A stretch of 63,833 nucleotides of DNA, counting the filler, from Pelomyxa schiedti (Eukaryota > Protista > Evosea), in NCBI GenBank assembly GCA_020536535.1. It is 8 parts of 8 records of this genome, joined end to end, with 100 filler letters (N's around TTAATTAATTAA, not from the genome) between each part and the next. Parts side by side here need not be neighbours in the genome. Positions count along the whole stretch, not along the records: positions 1 to 18,496 come from JAHLWZ010000308.1; 7 more parts are not named here. One strand, given 5' to 3'. Within the stretch, counting starts at the first letter, position 1, and each line of letters begins with the position of its first letter. The notes beneath the pieces are model-generated. The model did no database searches. It was not told the DNA's origin and saw only the letters and a program-made list of their open reading frames with translations. Position numbers and translations under genes: made by a program. Positions 1 to 12,800 of the stretch are shown one piece after another.

Positions 1-43
1 TCCTCAATTTAAACTACCACCTGCCTACACTTACACAAACTAG

Positions 44-2536
44 CGAAATGGTTCTGGAAATCTGAAAAAGGATTGGTAGAATATAGTGCAGCTGCATCCT
101 TAAAGTTGGATGCCGCCTACACTACACACAACCCGACAGTTGTGATTGATTCAGAGAGGTATAAACCTAAAGTCCTGCAGCAGCCCATTAATCCTTGGAT
201 CAGGTTCGTTGATCTTGAGGACATGGTGCAACGTAGGGTTGATGATCCCACCAAAGAGCGACCAATCAAACGAGAACCTATCAGCACTCAAAGCGCACAA
301 CCAAGTCACAGCACCGCCTATACGCGAACTTACTCCTCACCCTCCCCTACAGCCAGTGTTCCTCCACCAAAGGCCGCCACAGCCAGTGCTCCTCCACCAA
401 AGCTAGCCAAGGTACTACAGAAGGGTTCGGCTGTCCTTGACCCTATTTTCGCATCTAATGATCCAAACGTATGGATAAACACTGTTTTGAGGTCTTCTTA
501 CCTGAATGCAGTGGCATGTACTGGAAGTTGGGGATGATATTTATGATGTCACACTCAATCAGGTAGAACACAACTAGTTCTAATCCTGCTAATCCCGAGA
601 AAGACAAATGTGAAGATGAACACGAATAAATTTTACATAATGCAACTCCTGGAATCAGATAAACATACAAGATATGTCCTTTGGACACGGTGGGGGCGAG
701 GTAGTAGAGCACAGAAATAATAACATGATGTAACTAGTTTTACAGTTGGATTAGCCGGGAATTCCGCAAAAAGAGACTTTGGAAATAATTTAGATGCAGC
801 GGAAAAAGCTTTTGAACAAAAGTAAGTGACCCATTTGCCATTCCCACCTATTATTTATTATCTATAAATGCAGGTTCCGGGAAAAAACAAATCAAAGATG
901 GTCCAACAGGAACAATTTCGTCAGTTGTCCTGGTGAGTACAACATTGTTGAAAGGGATTACACACCGAAGGATGATGATAGTCAGTCAAACACCACTCAA
1001 CAACAGTCGGCACCTAAACCAATCCTTCCTCCTCCCTCAACCCTTCCCCTTTCTGTACAAGAGCTTGTCACTGCCATTTGTGATATTAGACAGATGAACA
1101 GTGTGATGAGAGAACTTGAAATTGATGTAGACCGAATGCCCCTTGGTACTACCAACAAACAACAACAACTTTCTTGAGCTTTCTGGGCAATCCCTAATAT
1201 CTATTAGGAAGGTTATCCAAGAAACAAATTCAAGCTGGTTATAAAATATTGCGGGAATTGGAGGCTGCCATATTATCACCTAGTGGTCCTCCCAGAGGCG
1301 CCCTTGAGAACTACACCAATCAATTTTATACTTTAATTCCTCATGCCTTTGGGATGCGCCCTCCAGTTTTAATTTCAACACCAGATTTGCTTAAGGGCAG
1401 GATGAAGATGCTAGAGGTATATCCCCACTTTACCTTTCTTTCATGCTAACTTCTCTAAGGCTCTCACTGATATGGAAATTGCCGGGCGTGTTTTGGTGAA
1501 AGAAGATGACTTGGCTCGCGAAAACGTTCTTGATCTACAATACAAAGCCCTTCATGCCACAATAGAGCCTCTGGATCCCGATGCGGAAGAGTTTTCTTTG
1601 ATTCAGCAGTAATTACGCTCTCTCTGAGGGTAGGTTAATTCATACTTCTATATAGGTATGTCAAAAATAGTCACGCTCCAACTCATACTGAATACACTCT
1701 TACGATAACGGACATATTCACTATAAATCGGTATATGTGTACTCCCTATTAATTTTGCCAATTTTTTAACGTGTCGCAGGAGCGTCGAAGCCCAATATGA
1801 GCAGATGTGGGGTACTCTTCACAACAGAAAGCTATTGTGGCATGGCTCGCGACTTACAAATTTTGTGGGTATTATTTCTCAGGGGCTCCGAATCGCCCCT
1901 CCTGAGGCTCCCAAGACAGGCTACATGTTTGGGAAAGGTGTGTTTGCTTGGCGGGTAGTTTTATCTTTTTAAATCGCTCTAAGGGTTGTATTTTGCTGAT
2001 ATGGCGTCCAAGTCTCTAAATTATTGGTAGTTCACTTAGCGTTTTTACACCTACTAAAATTACATAGCCATGCCTCAAAGCACAAGCCTACAGTATCCTT
2101 CCATTGCATTTTGCAATCAGTTTAAACTACAGCAGGGTCTGGGACTTATTTGTGAAGTAGCACTGGGTGATTCATACTGCCTGACTGAGGCTGATGAAGA
2201 CATAACATGGGACATGGTGAACAACCTTGGTTGCCACTCAACCAAGGGCCAAGGCACAACGTGCATTGATGCAGCCGGAAACCATACATTGTAATTCCCA
2301 TTTCATTAATTTAATTTAAATTAAATCTTCCTCCTGGTTTCTCACTGTTTTACAGACCCAATGGGTCCGTGATTCCACTTGGAACACCCAAGCAAAGCGG
2401 TATTCCTGATAGCGATTTGCTTTATGATGAATATGTTGTCTACCAAGTCAGCCAGGTGTGTTCCACTTATTTTTCCCACCGGTTTTCATTTACCCAACAA
2501 AAGGTAAGAATGAAGTACCTAGTTAGAGTGGTATGA
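44..2536 (+). CDS. Poly(ADP-ribose) polymerase, PARP1/2/3-type (WWE - Pro-rich linker - WGR - regulatory - catalytic); 5' partial, multi-exon
   Basis: Spliced exons give WWE (KWFWKSEKG...[13 protein letters not shown]...RPIKR), WGR (NKFYIMQLL...TRWGRVG), regulatory (MPLG...[12 protein letters not shown]) and catalytic motifs [46 protein letters not shown] and LLYDEYVVY; stop TGA at 2534-2536. Confidence 0.95.
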
Positions 2537-3027
2537 ACGCCATATCTTTTGCTATTCCTCTCTTACCGGTAATGCTACAGCACTTCAACTTCCTTGATTG
2601 AAAGCTTGCCTATTCAAAGCTTAGTTTTCCCCTTGAGGGAAAAATATATTTGTCTATCTGGTACGTAGTAAATACCAACGATCACCAAGGCATCAGTGTA
2701 TTTGCTTTGTACAAGTATTTGCTTATTGCCCCCTTTCGAAAGTGTACTTCAAACAAGGAAACCCACTCAATAAATTAAAATAAGAGGCTACAAAATCTAC
2801 TTCTGGTGATTGTTTTTGGTTTCCACACCCAATTGGCTGTTTTACGAACGGGTTCTCCTGATTCCAACTTATGGGGTGATGACTGATGGAGCGAGTCTAT
2901 TGTCCAGCAAGCTGAAATGAGTTCTTGAACTTCGTGATTTGGGTTTGTGTTGGGATGGCTCAATTGGGTGAACAAAAAAATCAGCTGATCCAGAGCCATG
3001 AACGAAAATTACAGCGTTCCGCTCTCA

Positions 3028-4719
3028 TCAAAAAGTGTGAGGGGAAGGAGCGATGGACTGGGGCAGGAGTCCCCTTGGGAGTGACAGGGTGAACAATTGT
3101 GCTCCTGTGAGTGCATCCACAAACGTGTGAACGGTCGTGATTTTTTTGAGGGGTTCTGTGCTGAAGGGGGACCCAAACCTGGCAGTTGATGATGCTGAAT
3201 GTGTGTGAGAGAACACTCTTTTCTGGCATCTGAGTTCTGCTGGTGTCACAGTGAGAAAGCTGCTCACCACCATTCCACAGCCTGCAACCACTGACAGTGT
3301 GTTCGGAGGGTGGTGTATTTGGAGGCCTGGAATCAGCTTCCGAATCCTGTGGAAGTTGTTGCTGACTTTATCACTGTGGTGATGGTGAGAGTGGTGGTGA
3401 TGATGGTTGTGGTTGTGGTTGTGGTTGTGGGCCTTCTCGGTTGGTGTAGAGCAATACAAACTGGGATCACAAAGAGATGACAGGGCAAACACGGAGGTTG
3501 AGGAGTGGTCACTTGTTGTTGTGCTGATGTGCGACTCGTCAACTGCATTCACTTCCAGTCCAGTGCTGTCCTCGAGCCAAGTGAAAGTAGCACCTGTACT
3601 CAACTCCAACAGGCTTTGCTCTTTCTTTGTTGTGAAGGGCATGTAGTACTGGCTCTCATGCGCGCTCCTGTTGATAAGTGGCCTGCACAAATTGTCAGAT
3701 GACAGCCCCAGCTGAGATAAATTGCATTCAACGACGAATTCTGGGTGTGTGATGACACCATCCTCCTGCCCCAAAGTGCTCAAGTCGATTTGAAGTAAAC
3801 AAAGGAAGAGGGCTGTGCCCCTTGTTTGCAATAAGAACATGTGAAGAAGATCAGAGCGTTCCAAGTGGGAATCACCATCCAGGCAAAAGAACTCCATCGA
3901 CTGCAGGTCACTCAGCCAAGTGCAGCTGTCCCACATCACAGTCTGCTGCACCACAGCATCAGGACCATCCAAAACCCTCCACACAACCAAAACCTTTGTT
4001 CCTGATGAGAACACAATCCACTTGTTGTTGCACACTCCCATTGGTGGTAATTTGTGATGACTTGGAATCGTAATCAGGCTCGCCTTTGAATCAGATCCCT
4101 TTACTTGAACAGAGTATTGCCACAGTCCACCTGTTCCGTCTACATGTAACTTTAACATCACTATCTTGGCAGGCCTGATCCACCCAAAGCAGGTGTAACC
4201 AACAAAGAAAACAGAGAATGGCCCTTGAACGATTCCAAGAGTGTGAGACACACTGAAGAAAACATATGTGTCACAACAGGTCCTTCCTGAACCATATTTA
4301 CAGCAGGCACCAGGCTGGTGTGAAAAATTGGCCAGAGCAGCCCTTTCAACACCACACACCCACTTCCTCCCAATGCACTCCACAATGACCCAATGTGGCA
4401 GAATCCCAACAAAACAACACTTCTCTGCTTCTTGGAACAACTCCGTGTTCCTTCCTCCCCCACCACTTTCACCAACGTTGCGTTTTTGGTTCCCACCATT
4501 CTCAACTTCGTTTCTCTTGAGAGAATGCGGTACAGTGTTTGCAAAAGAAGTGGTGGATTTGGGCAGTTTGCGTTTTTCCGCTTTTGGTGAAAGTAGCCGG
4601 AACATATTCCTTGGTAAGAGGCCTGATGCGAGAGCAACAAACTGCTTTTTCGCGAAAAGTGGTGGTTGTACGTCGCGTTCCGCGTCCCACCAACATTCAA
4701 CGGTGAAACCCTTCTTCAT
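3028..4719 (-). CDS. Intronless orphan-family protein (F-box-like N-terminal motif, predicted beta-rich body, His-rich insert); tandem copy 1
   Basis: ~560 aa ORF, ATG at 4719; motifs AKKQFVALASG, ILPHWVIVECIGRKWV, FSVSHTLGIV and C-terminal VDALTGAQLFTL; near-identical paralogue at 6013-7719. Confidence 0.8.
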   Translation of the reverse strand: MKKGFTVECWWDAERDVQPPLFAKKQFVALASGLLPRNMFRLLSPKAEKRKLPKSTTSFANTVPHSLKRNEVENGGNQKRNVGESGGGGRNTELFQEAEKCCFVGILPHWVIVECIGRKWVCGVERAALANFSHQPGACCKYGSGRTCCDTYVFFSVSHTLGIVQGPFSVFFVGYTCFGWIRPAKIVMLKLHVDGTGGLWQYSVQVKGSDSKASLITIPSHHKLPPMGVCNNKWIVFSSGTKVLVVWRVLDGPDAVVQQTVMWDSCTWLSDLQSMEFFCLDGDSHLERSDLLHMFLLQTRGTALFLCLLQIDLSTLGQEDGVITHPEFVVECNLSQLGLSSDNLCRPLINRSAHESQYYMPFTTKKEQSLLELSTGATFTWLEDSTGLEVNAVDESHISTTTSDHSSTSVFALSSLCDPSLYCSTPTEKAHNHNHNHNHHHHHSHHHHSDKVSNNFHRIRKLIPGLQIHHPPNTLSVVAGCGMVVSSFLTVTPAELRCQKRVFSHTHSASSTARFGSPFSTEPLKKITTVHTFVDALTGAQLFTLSLPRGLLPQSIAPSPHTF

Positions 4720-7700
4720 TTTGTACACAGAAGAAAAAATGATGGGAGTCAGAAATAATCAGACGAGATCCATGCCCTGGGAGGTGGTACTTGCCTTCGT
4801 ACCAAGTGTAAAGGGGAAACAACGCATCAAGCTGAGAAGGAAACAAATGATTGGAAGATTTTTTTCCAAGAAACCAATCAAACCTGAGTTTTGGTGCCGT
4901 GGTTGTGCCAAAACGAGGCAACCACTACGTCCAAAAGTACAGTAGCAACACACTCGTGGTGGTTTTGAATTATTGAGCCTACCCCTCCTCGCTTGTTGCA
5001 CCAAAGCGTACACAACAAATTTTTAAATTAAAAAACCCAGGCAGCGGGCAGCGGCGACATAGTGGATGTGCTTTTTATGTTCGAGTGCATCTTTCAGCAT
5101 CTCACAAGAAGTTTTCACTCGATCTCATACAGAATTTCTTGATGCTGCATCAAGTGAAGTCCATTGTTCTTCCTCAAGGTAAGAATCAAATTATTGCGCT
5201 CTTACACTCATCAATAATCTCGGGCATCGTCTTCAGTGCAGTATCCATTACCGGCCAATGTTACTTTGAAACAACACCACACAGATTACTGGAGCCATTT
5301 CTGGATAATCTACTTCACAACACAGAAAACCACCAACAATAATTTGTCTGAAAATGATGAGAGAAGAAACAGCTCTCCTCACCCCAACACAGGGCCCATA
5401 CATGCAGCAACTCAGTCAAACTTTAATGTACGAAGCTGGAACTGCTGTATCTTCTCTGTTTTTTTTCTTTTTCGAGTTCTTACATTTGAAAACCATGTTG
5501 TGTTTTTGCCCTCGCATACAGGGAGACCCCTGAGACCTGGCAATTATTAGTTATCCAGCCAGGCACTCGAAACATGTGAGCTCTGCTCTGCGTTCAACAG
5601 GTTTTCACCTTTCTTGTGTCCCAATAATTCACTCCAATCCAGATCCTTTTTCTTTGTCCAACACAATCCTTGAGGCAAACAGGGTTCCCCTTTGTGCACT
5701 TCCTGTTCGCTCTGAAACCAAGTTTTTCCCGTTTCCACCCTGAAAAACAAAGTTGTGGGTGGCTTCTTCTCTCAAGGCAACCAATTTCTTCTCTCTGATT
5801 GGGTTACAGTCGGGCTGTCACACAATCACAACTGTGTTGCCGCTCCTTAAAGTGGACCCAAGAAACCAGAAAGCTTCATCTAAAAGCCACTGGAGTCACT
5901 CACCACTAACACAAAACACAAAATTTTTGCAATCAGAGAAGAAACTGGAGCCAAAAATTTAAAATTATTGTCACCTTTGGGTTGTCTGAGCAACAATGAT
6001 TCTTGGAACCACTCATAATCGTGGAGTCTTGCAAGGGGAAGGAGTGATGGACTGGGGCAGGAGTCCCTCTGGGAGTGACATGGTGAACAATTGTGCTCCT
6101 GTGAGTGCATCCACAAACGTGTGAACGGTCGTGATTTTTTTGAGGGGTTCCGTGATGAAGGGGGACCCGAACCTGGCAGTTGATGATGCTGAATGTGTGT
6201 GAGAGAACACTCTTTTCTGGCATCTGAGTTCTGCTGGTGTCACAGTGAGAAAGCTGCTCACCAACATGCCACAGCCTGCAACCACTGACAGTGTGTTCGG
6301 AGGGTGGTGTATTTGGAGGCCTGGAATCAGCTTCCGAATCCTGTGGAAGTTGTTGCTGACTTTATCACTGTGGTGATGGTGAGAGTGGTGGTGATGGCGG
6401 TGGTTGTGGTTGTGGTTGTGGGCCTTCTCGGTTGGTGTGGAGCAATACAAACTGGGATCACAAAGAGAGGACAGGGCAAACACGGAGGTTGAGGAGTGAT
6501 CACTTGTTGTTGTGCTGATGTGCGACTCGTCAACGGCATTCACTTCCAGTCCAGTGCTGTCCTCGAGCCAAGTGAAAGTAGCACCTGTACTCAACTCCAA
6601 CAGGCTTTGCTCTTTCTTTGTTGTGAAGGGCATGTAGTACTGCCTCTCATGCGCGCTCCTGTTGATAAGTGGCCTGCACAAATTGTCAGAGGACAGCCCC
6701 AGCTGAGATAAGTTGCATTCAACAACGAATTCTGGGTGTGTGATGACACCATCCTCCTGCCCCAAAGTGCTCAAGTCGATTTGAAGTAAACAAAGGAAGA
6801 GGGCTGTGCCCCTTGTTTGCAATAAGAACATGCGAAGAAGATCGGAGCGTTCCAAGTGGGAATCACCATCCAAGCAAAAGAACTCCATTGATTGCAGGTC
6901 ACTCAGCCAAGGGCAGCTGTCCCACATCACAGTCTGCTGCACCATAGCGTCGGGACCATCCAAAACCCTCCACACAACCAAAACCTTTGTTCCTGATGAG
7001 AACACAATCCACTTGTTGTTGCACACTCCCATTGGTGGTAATTTGTGATGACTTGGAATCGTAATCAGGGTCGCCTTTGAATCAGATCCCTTTACTTGAA
7101 CAGAGTATTGCCACAGTCCACCTGTTCCCTCTCTCTGTAACTCTAACCTCACTGTCTTGGCAGGCCTGATCCACCCAAAGCAACTGTAAAAATCGAAATG
7201 AACAGAGAATGGCCCTTGAACGATTCCAAGAGTGTGAGACACACTGAAGAAAACATCTGTGTCATAGCAGTCTGTTCCGGAACCATATTCACAACAATAA
7301 CCAGGCCGGTGTGAAAAATTGGCCAGAGCAGCCCTTTCAACACCACACACCCACTTCCTCCCAATGCACTCCACAATGACCCAATGTGGCAGAATCCCAA
7401 CAAAACAACACTTCTCTGCTTCTTGGAACAACTCCGTGTTCCTTCCTCCCCCACCACTTTCACCAACGTTGCGTTTTTGGTTCCCACCATTCTCAGTTTT
7501 GTTTCTCTTGAGAGAATGCAGTAGTGTTTTAGCAATAGAAGTGGTGGATCTGGGGGGTTTGCGTTTTTCTGCTTGTGGTGAAAGTTGTCGTTGGGTAGCA
7601 AACAACATATTCCTTGGTAAGAGGCCTGATGCCAGAGCAACAAACTGCTTTTTCGCGAAAAGTGGTGGTTGTACGTCGCGTTCCGCGTCCCACCAACATT

Positions 7701-8090
7701 CGACGGCAAAACACTGCATCGTTACAAGAAAATGATGACGCAGAGTTTCAACTCGGTGGGTATGTCAGGTGTTCCAGTTGAGGAAGTACTTGCGTCTCCT
7801 TCAGCAACGGGTGTCATGAGGTCTATGGGTCCGTCATCCTCATTCACGCAACATAATAAAACATTCACCTCCCCGTTTCCCACAACTTTGTTTTTCAGGG
7901 TGGCTACTTCTCTCAAGAGCAACCAATTTACGCTCTCTGATTGGGTTACAGTCGGGCTGTCACACAATCACAACTGTGTTGCCGCTCCTTAAAGTCGACC
8001 CAAGAAACCAGAAAGGTTCATCTAAAAGCCGCTGCAGTCACACACCACTTCAGAGGTCCTCAGTAGCCTTACATCAAACACAAAATTCCC
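3040..8090. repeat. Tandem segmental duplication (gene plus upstream flank)
   Basis: About 3040-4700 matches about 6034-7703; upstream block about 5727-5920 matches about 7872-8086. Confidence 0.85.
6013..7719 (-). CDS. Intronless orphan-family protein; tandem copy 2
   Basis: 568 aa ORF aligning end to end with 3028-4719. Confidence 0.8.
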   Translation of the reverse strand: MQCFAVECWWDAERDVQPPLFAKKQFVALASGLLPRNMLFATQRQLSPQAEKRKPPRSTTSIAKTLLHSLKRNKTENGGNQKRNVGESGGGGRNTELFQEAEKCCFVGILPHWVIVECIGRKWVCGVERAALANFSHRPGYCCEYGSGTDCYDTDVFFSVSHTLGIVQGPFSVHFDFYSCFGWIRPAKTVRLELQREGTGGLWQYSVQVKGSDSKATLITIPSHHKLPPMGVCNNKWIVFSSGTKVLVVWRVLDGPDAMVQQTVMWDSCPWLSDLQSMEFFCLDGDSHLERSDLLRMFLLQTRGTALFLCLLQIDLSTLGQEDGVITHPEFVVECNLSQLGLSSDNLCRPLINRSAHERQYYMPFTTKKEQSLLELSTGATFTWLEDSTGLEVNAVDESHISTTTSDHSSTSVFALSSLCDPSLYCSTPTEKAHNHNHNHRHHHHSHHHHSDKVSNNFHRIRKLIPGLQIHHPPNTLSVVAGCGMLVSSFLTVTPAELRCQKRVFSHTHSASSTARFGSPFITEPLKKITTVHTFVDALTGAQLFTMSLPEGLLPQSITPSPCKTPRL

Positions 8091-8201
8091 TCAGAAGAGA
8101 TTTTTTTTATTGTTGATACCCAACTGGCTCACTCAAGTTGGAATCATTTCACGAAGGGAAACGAAAAGCCTTTTCGCTTTTTGTTCGTTGGTGAAGTGGC
8201 G

Positions 8202-9502
8202 ATGTCAGGTACGACAACGACAAGTGCCGCTGCGTTGACGAATACAACATCGGTGGTGGAAGGAAATGATGGGATGTTCAGGGAGATCGACGACAACATG
8301 GCCGCACTTCAGGCCAACATCAAGAAGGCCATGGCCGTACTGAATAAACAACGCGAAGATCTGAACAGAGAGAGGTCCACCTTCGAGGTTTGGGTTTTTT
8401 TTCTTGAATAAAATGAAATCAAATTGTCGCTGTGTCAACGGTATGTGTAGGAAATGAAAAGCAAAATTGCCACCGTGCATTTTGCATCAACGATAAAGTT
8501 GGATGTTGGCGGGTATTATGTCCAAGGTATAGTCACTTCACTAAATACTAATACACACTGTCTAGGAGGGTGTTCAAAACAAGCCGCGGTACACTCACAA
8601 AGGAACCAAGCATGTTGGCTACAATGTTCTCTGGGAATGGTATCCCTGTGGAAAAGGATGAGGATGGGGGCTACTTCATTGACAGAAGCAGCACCCACTT
8701 GTATGTACCTGCTAGCAGTACTGTATATTTCCTTGTACTACCTGGTTTTCCAGTGACACAATCTTGAACTATTTGAGAACTGGGGTGTTTTTGGCACCTT
8801 CTGACCCAGTTGCGATGGAGGAACTGAAAATGGAAGTTGACTTTTATCAGGTTGTAACCAGACTCTTTCGTACAACATACTTACTGCGCAAATAGATTCG
8901 GTCTCTTGTAAAGTTACTTAGTAAAAAAACCTTCAAGTGGTCCAGTCCCACAGACAAGGACGGCATTTTTTACTGGATTGGATGTGAGAAAGGTTCTACC
9001 ACCTACTCTGACCCAACAACAACCAGACCGAACTTGGTAAACACCCACCAAGTATCACGTACAATACACTCATAGTCAACAGGTCAAGGTTGACCAGTCA
9101 CCTGGGGCGAGGCAAACTCTTCTACACCCAGAACACGGTTCTGGTGATGTGTCCTGCTCTGATGCAAGGAACAAATACTTCACGGCTATCTTCACAAACA
9201 AGTGGCTCCTGTGCCCCAACTACTACTCCTTGTCCTACAACACTGGTTGCCACAGGCCATCAAACTGGACACTCTCAGCCTCCATTGATGGTCAGAATTG
9301 GGAAGTGATCTCCAACCACACCAATGACACTGCACTCCATTCACAAAACAGAGCCTCATGGCCAATCAAAACAACTCACAAGTTCAATCAGTTCAGAGTC
9401 ACGTGCACAGGCAATGATCAAGCAAGCGGTGGTTGCTATTGCTTCCATGTGTCTGGCCTGGAATTGTATGGTGCTCTGGAAGGACCCGATTGCTCCAATT
9501 GA
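8202..9502 (+). CDS. BTB/POZ (KCTD/T1-type) protein with N-terminal coiled coil and C-terminal F5/8-type-C/galactose-binding-like domain; multi-exon
   Basis: IKLDVGG-RVFKTSRGTLTKEPSMLATMFSG...DEDGGYFIDR...ILNYLRTG...EVDFYQI; C-terminal PSNWTLSASIDGQNWEVI...FNQFRV...GLELYG; stop 9502. Confidence 0.88.
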
Positions 9503-9858
9503 GATGAAATTGGAACCACACCACATGCCAAAAATTATTGTCCTGGTTGTTGTCAAGCCTAAGTCACCGAACTCTTCTTCGATTCCATGATCATTTTCTT
9601 CGAAGGTTCATCTTGATTATAAAAAAAGAATAAAATAAAGGAATAATACGGTGCTTCCACTGCGGTAGGTGTTATTTCTCTTCATTTTTCATTGCCCCCT
9701 GTTACCCACAAGTTCTCTGTTGTTGTTTGGTTTGGATTTAGTGGTGCTTTTTTTTTTTTTTGTTTTGGGTGTCGTTGCCTTATGACTTATCAACCACTAA
9801 TACCCAATAGAACAAACTCTTTTCTTTGCTTTTTTGCCCTCTGTGTTGCTATAAATCA

Positions 9859-12800
9859 ATGTCAATGGACGGGAACGTGTTCACACAGATATACAACTGC
9901 TTGGCGCAGATACATGACCCCAACACCGACCCCCAGGCCAGGAGGAGTGCAAATTCTGTATGCAATTTGTGTGTTTGTTCTCGTTGCCGTGATTGTGTTA
10001 TTGTGTGTGAGTGTGTGATTGTGTGACTGATTCTTGTTTGTATCTCGCTCATATCTCATTTTATCTTACACGTGTAATCTCACTTATTCAGATGTGTGAG
10101 TCTATATCTGCGCTATCAAACTGTGCTGAGTATGCTGTTGGACTGTTGACGTGGGGAGCACGCACTGGCGACCCAAGGGGGAATTCCCCGTTTATCCACC
10201 ACTTTGGACTGCATTTGTTGGAGCAGACTGTGAAGGCGACGAAGTCTTGGCATGCCTTGTCACCAGAAGACAAGTTGACATTCAAGAACTTGTCTTGGCA
10301 AACAATGTTCGCTGTACGTGCGCCGAGAACTCCTCCCCTACTTCTCCTCCTGTGTCTCATTGAACTTTTCCATAGTCTATATCACAGCCCCAGTATATAA
10401 AAGAAAAAGCAGTGCAGTTAGTGGTGGAAGTGGCTCGCCGTGAGTGGCCCACAAGCTGGCCGGAATTATTCCCGACCCTCTTTGCCAAGTTGAATGAAAA
10501 TGTTGGCTGTATTCTGTTTGGAATTATCTGACACCTCCAAGGCGCAATATGGAGAACTTGTTGTAAAAGTGTTGGGAGAGCTTTTCTTGGAGATCAAATC
10601 ATATTGCCACAAAGTTTCCAAAGAGGCCGCAGATCCGGCAGCTTTGACCTGGAAAACAATATTCCAACTATTGTACGAACACTTTGGCATTTCTTTTTCT
10701 TTAGTAATCGCCTTTCAAGTAAGAAATTGCTCGAAGAAAACTTGCCACCTTGCCTGGGTTCTTCTGCCCCACCTGAACACAATCTCCTCATATGCAAAGC
10801 AACTTTTTCGGCTCTATTACCGTATTCAGAGGGAGCAAGCTTAAAGTAAGAAAAATTTCCTCACAGTGGCATTCACCTCATCCAGGGAATACAACGAACA
10901 CTGCGATCTTATCAATGTTCTCTGCCAAACTTTCTCCTCCTCAGAGCTACAAATGGTCTGTACTGTCTAGTGTTTCTCCCTCTTAATGCACACAGTCTGC
11001 AGCGGAGAATCTCCTGGTACTTGTTGATAGGCCAACTGATATCATACCTGCCAATGCCAACTACCTAACAAAACCTCTTTGTTCACCATATTACGACCTT
11101 TTGAAATCCGCCGCTACAAGAGCTTCAGGGGCGCCTCCCTCTTCGTCGGGCTATTCTTTTTTTTGCAGAATCGCCCAGGTACTTTTTCAACCGTTCCAAG
11201 TTTAAGCACTCATCCAAACAGATACTAGATCTCGTTGGAACATCCGTACTTTCCCTTTGGACAAAGAATGAGCCTTCTTCCATTCCTCCGCAATTTCAGG
11301 AGTATGAGCGCGAGTGTATAATTGTGCCTCACACAAATAGTTATTGTGGACTTATGCTAGCTTTCTTTGGTCACCCAAGTCCTGTTGTTAGCTCTTTGGT
11401 TGTTCAGTTTTGGAGTAGTTTATTACGAACTCGCAACCTGTTGACAGTTGCCGTAGGCTTACATCTTACCACGAACTAATACGTTTTAGGGCATCTTACA
11501 GTCAGTCTTACCAAACGTTTGGGAGCAACTTCTGACAATATGTCTTGCAAAAATACAGTAAATGTGAATAATACCAAACCTCCATACTGAGTATTTCTAG
11601 ACACATTACCTTTGCCACTAGTGGTCCGCAGAAGGTATTCGTTGAGGCAGATTTTGATGCAGAAGGCGACTTCCACGAATTCTTTATGGTTTATCGGGCA
11701 AAAGTCCTTGACCTTTTACGACAAGCAACAATTGTAAAGGTTGTGATAGTATCAGTTTTGACTCTCTCAAACCAAATGTAAGCCTCAAGAAATGCTCCAA
11801 TTTTCCGTTAGCCAGTTGCAGAAGGCGCTGTCTACGTCACACAATACAGGAGCAGGTCAGTCCATGTTTTCGTTATGTCTAGTGACATTTGTGAGAAGAT
11901 ATTTCAATGCTGCAAAATCAATTGAGTGATGCTGATACAGCCACAAATATTTTTTCTTGTTCATGCTCTGCCTTAGCCGAGTATTTCACCACAAAAGTAA
12001 TATTCCTACCTTTTTCACATGTTTCACAGTATGCAGCACCACCCAGCGATATCTACTACAATTGACGCTATTGCCACACACGCAGCTACACTTCTGTTCA
12101 CATATCAAAATAAGGTACTTCACGCCAGCTGAAAGCATGTAGCTTCCATCACAAACAAAATTAAGTAATGGATATTAAACCGAAATTGAACAACCACTAA
12201 AACTAACAAACAAAAAGCATCCAGAGTTCCAGACATTAATATTGTATTCTGAGTGTCGTCAGACTTATTACTTACCCTTTCGCCAGAACGAACCTGGAGG
12301 CATTATGCTTTTGGTTTTCCACTCACCCCGAAGCCCTCCCCCAGCTCCTTCAGAAAGTATAGTTTTATTGTAGTATTTCTTCCTCCTAATGGAGTAGATA
12401 TTTAGTACCGCTCAATTTTTCAACACTGGGGAATCTGATGTGCGAACAATTTCCACACCAACTTACCAACTCAGACGCCGTGCCTTATTGGTGTTGTTAA
12501 GGTTAGCACTAGCGATACCCCAGACACTTTCAGTATGTGTAGGTGTGCCTCTGTTTTTACTCACACAGCCTTCAGAAATATCTGACTGAGTTGATTCAAC
12601 TCAGCCAGCAGTTACTATCCCAAAATCTGTTAGACTCAGAACGGATATCACTGTTCGAGGCTTTGTCAGCCCTTAGGTTACCTCTTGTTTTCTAAAACAA
12701 TTGTGTTCATTATTTAGCAATACCATGCCTGTGGGCGAGCAATTATCGTTTCTTGACCGAATACTGGACAGTGCTCTTCAGGATTGGTGCAATCCCGAAA

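Noticed and set aside
4268-4945. Antisense 225-aa ORF over the orphan gene
   Set aside because: Not conserved in length in the paralogue; no motifs
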